Positions 51,731 through 54,713 of a DNA stretch of 54,713 nucleotides are shown here, one piece after another. The position numbers were made by a program, and so were the translations under genes. The stretch's first letter is position 1. The number at the start of each line of letters is the position of its first letter. Below the pieces are notes generated by a model. It worked only from the letters and a program-made list of their open reading frames with translations. It did no database searches and had not been told where the DNA came from. This DNA comes from Actinomycetota bacterium (lineage in GTDB: Bacteria > Actinomycetota > Nitriliruptoria > Nitriliruptorales > Nitriliruptoraceae), in assembly GCA_018335555.1 (NCBI GenBank), contig JAGXST010000221.1, positions 1 through 54,713 on the forward strand. The letters run 5' to 3'.

Positions 51731-52207
51731 ATGCACCAGACCCCTCGTCGTATCGTCGTCGGCGGTGACCACGCCGGCTTTCCGCTGAAGGGTCCCATCG
51801 TCGCCAGGCTGCGCGAGTGGGGGCACGACGTCACCGACGTCGGCACCCACAGCGACGAGCCCGTCGACTTCCCCGACATCGCTGACCAGGTCTGCCAGCA
51901 GGTCCGCGCCGGTGAGGCCGACCGCGGCATCATGGTCTGCGGCACCGGGGTAGGGGCGTCGATCGCGGCCAACAAGTACCCGGGTATCCGCGCGGCGCTG
52001 TGTCATGACAGCTACTCGGCGCACCAAGCCGTCGAACACGACGATGTGAACGTCCTGTGCCTCGGCGGCCAGATCATCGGTGATCGCCTCGCCTTCGAGC
52101 TGTTGGCGGCGTTCCTCGGCGCCGAGCACAGCGACGAGCCGCACTTCCGCCGGCGGGTCGCCAAACTCGCCGACCTGGAACGTCGCTTCGCCGGCTCGGA
52201 CGGCTGA
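51731..52207 (+). CDS. rpiB: Ribose-5-phosphate isomerase B
   Basis: GDHAG, CGTGVG, ANKYPGIRAA, EHDDVNVLCLG. Confidence 0.92.
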   Translation: MHQTPRRIVVGGDHAGFPLKGPIVARLREWGHDVTDVGTHSDEPVDFPDIADQVCQQVRAGEADRGIMVCGTGVGASIAANKYPGIRAALCHDSYSAHQAVEHDDVNVLCLGGQIIGDRLAFELLAAFLGAEHSDEPHFRRRVAKLADLERRFAGSDG

Positions 52208-52540
52208 GCCGCCGAGGTGGGCCGACCGGTCACCTCCGTCTCGTCGTGGCGGTCGCCCTGCGCTCGGGACGCCCGGTGATCTCTGCGGTTGGGCGGGGGC
52301 AGGTCGCTCGTCGCGCGCATCGGTTGGTTTCCATCGTGTCGATGACCACGGTGCGGATGATGGCGGGATGGCCGTCTTCCCGGCGACCGCCCGGTCGGAC
52401 CGGCCGACTACGTCCGCCACGAGGGCGAGCGACCGATCTCGCTGATCAGGCGGCTGGCGAACCCGATCCCCGCCGACCTCTACGAGGCTCTCAAGGTCGC
52501 TGCCGCCTGACTGCCTCCCGTGCGCGTCCCTCCCAGAGGC

Positions 52541-52936
52541 TCATGGCGGGGTCAGGAACGGGCAGCGGGGTCCGGCTGCGCCGGCCAGTCGGCGGTCGAG
52601 CGTCGCCAGGGGAGCACCGAGTCGCTCGGCCAGCGCCACATACCAGCCGTCGTACGCGGTCACGTTGCCACGCAGCTCCCACACGCGCTCGGCGACGGGC
52701 TCGTAAGGGAAGAGGTCCACGCGGAGGTCGATGAGATCCGCGTGCGCAAGGGCGGCGACATCGGGGGAGATGTCACCCGCGAGCGAGGCGCGTCGGAGGA
52801 GGTTCGCCACCTCGACCGGGAACAGGTGCGGTGCGGCAAGGGGTTCGTCCGCGAGCAAACCCTCGGCCCACTGGCCATCCGGTCCCGCATCGACGAGCGC
52901 GGCGACTGCGACCGACGCGTCGATGACGACCGTCAT
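52541..52936 (-). CDS. vapC: PIN-domain toxin
   Basis: VIDAS, EVAN, TAYDGWY, LATLDRRL. Confidence 0.92.
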   Translation of the reverse strand: MTVVIDASVAVAALVDAGPDGQWAEGLLADEPLAAPHLFPVEVANLLRRASLAGDISPDVAALAHADLIDLRVDLFPYEPVAERVWELRGNVTAYDGWYVALAERLGAPLATLDRRLAGAAGPRCPFLTPP

Positions 52937-53166
52937 CGCCGGTCGGCATCCCGCAGCTCGAGGATCCTGTCAGCAGACAGCGCACTGCCGGTGTGCCGCT
53001 TCCGCGCGCCCACGCGCTGCATCAGCACGGAGGGGTCGGGGCGCCGCGTGAGCTCGGCCAGCTGCGCCTGCAGGTACTCCTGCAGCGACTGGCCAGCAAG
53101 ACGAGCGCGCGACGCGAGCTCGTCGCGGACCTCGTCCGGTACGTCACGGATCGTTATTGAAGGCAT
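52933..53166 (-). CDS. FitA/VapB-like ribbon-helix-helix antitoxin
   Basis: MPSITIRDVPDEV..RA..GQSLQEYL; ATGA overlap with vapC. Confidence 0.88.
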   Translation of the reverse strand: MPSITIRDVPDEVRDELASRARLAGQSLQEYLQAQLAELTRRPDPSVLMQRVGARKRHTGSALSADRILELRDADRR

Positions 53167-53219
53167 GAATGCATCGTGCCGGTGACGCATGCAAAATGCA
53201 AGCACCGAAGCTGGTCCTG

Positions 53220-53603
53220 CTATTCCACGCACCAGTTCACCTCGTCGGTGAACCAGCGGCCATCGTCGCCCTCGCGGGAGCGGGTCTCGGCGACCTCGCG
53301 GCCCTCCGTGACGATCGAGCCTGCCGGACCGCGCTCGACGATCTCGGCGTCCGACGGGAAGCGGTCGAGCAGCCAGGTGAGCTGCTTCTCGACCGCCTCG
53401 GTGGCCGTGTCGAAGTCGCCGTCGCCGTCGACGCGGTCGGCGATCCGCTGCATCGCCTCGTCGCCGGCGCAGTCGAGGTGGCCGTCGATTTCGGGGGCGA
53501 CGATCTCGTCGGGTGCCGCCGCCTCTTCCGCGCCGCAGGCCGCGAGCAACAGCGCGATCACGATGATGCTGCCACCGCGGTGTCCCATCCCAGTTCCCGT
53601 CAC
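53220..53603 (-). CDS. Hypothetical lipoprotein
   Basis: Hydrophobic stretch plus LAAC lipobox; acidic mature domain. Confidence 0.65.
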   Translation of the reverse strand: MTGTGMGHRGGSIIVIALLLAACGAEEAAAPDEIVAPEIDGHLDCAGDEAMQRIADRVDGDGDFDTATEAVEKQLTWLLDRFPSDAEIVERGPAGSIVTEGREVAETRSREGDDGRWFTDEVNWCVE

Positions 53604-53659
53604 TCGCGTGTCATGTGGGACGACGGCGCCGTCCGGCGGGTTCCAACGGGGCCGCGAGC

Positions 53660-54208
53660 TCAGCCTTCCGGTGGGGTGTCCCAGTCGTGGACGTCCTTGC
53701 CGGCCTCGCGCGAGAGGATGTCGAGGGCGACGGTCGCGCCGGCACCGGCCGAGATGATCGCCTGGCTGCGTTCGGGCCGGACCAGCCGGCCGATCGCGTA
53801 GACCCGCTCGAGGCTGGTACGCATCTCCTGGTCGACGGGCACACGGTCGCCGTCGGTTACCCCCAGTTGTGTCGCCAGGGCCTGCGCGGCCTTGCCGCCG
53901 GCGAGCACGACGTAGTCCGCGTCGAACGAACCGGCCGACGACGTCACGGCCACCGTGTCGTGCGACACCTCGAGGGCGGTCACCTCGCCGTCGACGAGTC
54001 GGGCGCCCTGCCCGGCGACCTGCTCGCGGGCCAGGCGCTGGAACGCCGAGCCGTCGATGTCGGGTGCGCCGAGGTAGTTGTACAGGTGGGCGTGGTGCAT
54101 CGGGGTCGTGTCCTGCCCGACCACGCTCACCTCGACGCCGTTCTTGGCCAGCAACAGGGCCGCGCTCAGCCCACCCGGTCCGTCTCCGACGATAACGACT
54201 CGGCTCAT
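53660..54208 (-). CDS. Small FAD-dependent oxidoreductase (thioredoxin reductase-like)
   Basis: VGDGPGGLSAA, NYLG, RVYAIG..QAIISAG; GGAGG RBS. Confidence 0.85.
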   Translation of the reverse strand: MSRVVIVGDGPGGLSAALLLAKNGVEVSVVGQDTTPMHHAHLYNYLGAPDIDGSAFQRLAREQVAGQGARLVDGEVTALEVSHDTVAVTSSAGSFDADYVVLAGGKAAQALATQLGVTDGDRVPVDQEMRTSLERVYAIGRLVRPERSQAIISAGAGATVALDILSREAGKDVHDWDTPPEG

Positions 54209-54230
54209 CCGGTCCACCTCCTGTGTCGTC

Positions 54231-54713
54231 TCAGCCGCCGGCGACGGCCAACTCCTCGACGCGACCGTCGGCGTGGCGCGCGAAACGTCGCAGGTCGCCG
54301 CCGTGGTTGGGGTCGTCCGTAGGCCACGGCCAGCCACCGAACCAGGTCTCGTTGTAGTCGTGGTAGGCCTTCTGGATCTCGGCCTTGGTGTTCATCACGA
54401 ACGGCCCGTACTGCACGACCGGTTCGCCGATCGGCCGGCCCTGCAGCACCAGCACCTCGGCGCCGTCGCCGGTGTCGGTCATGGTGATCGGCTGCTCGGA
54501 GGCGACCACGGCGGCGTGGCCGCCGGTGACCTCGGTGCCGCCGATGCGGACCGACCCGCCGCGGACCGCGTAGACGGTGCGGACCGTCTGCGGGTGTGCG
54601 GCCGGGCCGAGGTCCCAGCTCGCCTCGGGCGACAGTTCGGCGTGGTAGATGCCGACGTCGGTGTCGGGCCGTGACGCCCACGAGGCCGGCGGCGGGGCGG
54701 GCGCCCGGTGGCC
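54231..54713 (-). CDS. Pirin family protein (C-terminal part, truncated by window edge)
   Basis: LQGRPIGEPVVQYGPFVMNT pirin C-terminal motif. Confidence 0.85.
   Translation of the reverse strand, partial: GHRAPAPPPASWASRPDTDVGIYHAELSPEASWDLGPAAHPQTVRTVYAVRGGSVRIGGTEVTGGHAAVVASEQPITMTDTGDGAEVLVLQGRPIGEPVVQYGPFVMNTKAEIQKAYHDYNETWFGGWPWPTDDPNHGGDLRRFARHADGRVEELAVAGG

Overview
High-GC actinobacterial chromosome segment (SLH-domain protein, class II ribonucleotide reductase, TRAP system). The main feature is a complete ~33.5 kb Tn7/Mu-like DDE transposon (10164-43698). It has perfect 8-bp terminal inverted repeats (TGTGCATC/GATGCACA), three transposase-binding repeats at each end and a 5-bp target-site duplication (CGTGA) that contains the nrdJ stop codon. 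Its centrally located, translationally coupled core reads RecB-like nuclease, TnsB, TnsC, a protein with apparent dead-AAA and tyrosine-recombinase-like halves, and an XRE/wHTH protein; I find no recognisable TniQ/TnsD or Cas genes. Cargo: a MerR-controlled metal/redox cluster, a short pAgo with a DUF4365-APAZ partner (SPARDA type), TA-like modules, and a three-gene operon encoding a ~2100 aa STAND-like ATPase, a ~2100 aa exonuclease-DinG-RecQ double helicase and an unknown protein. Outside the element: a 6S-like rod-shaped RNA candidate, a degenerate-HD/nuclease gene, a ribokinase/ADP-ribosylglycohydrolase/TRAP/RpiB cluster, a vapBC pair and a partial pirin gene. All calls are from motif reading by eye; no searches were run.
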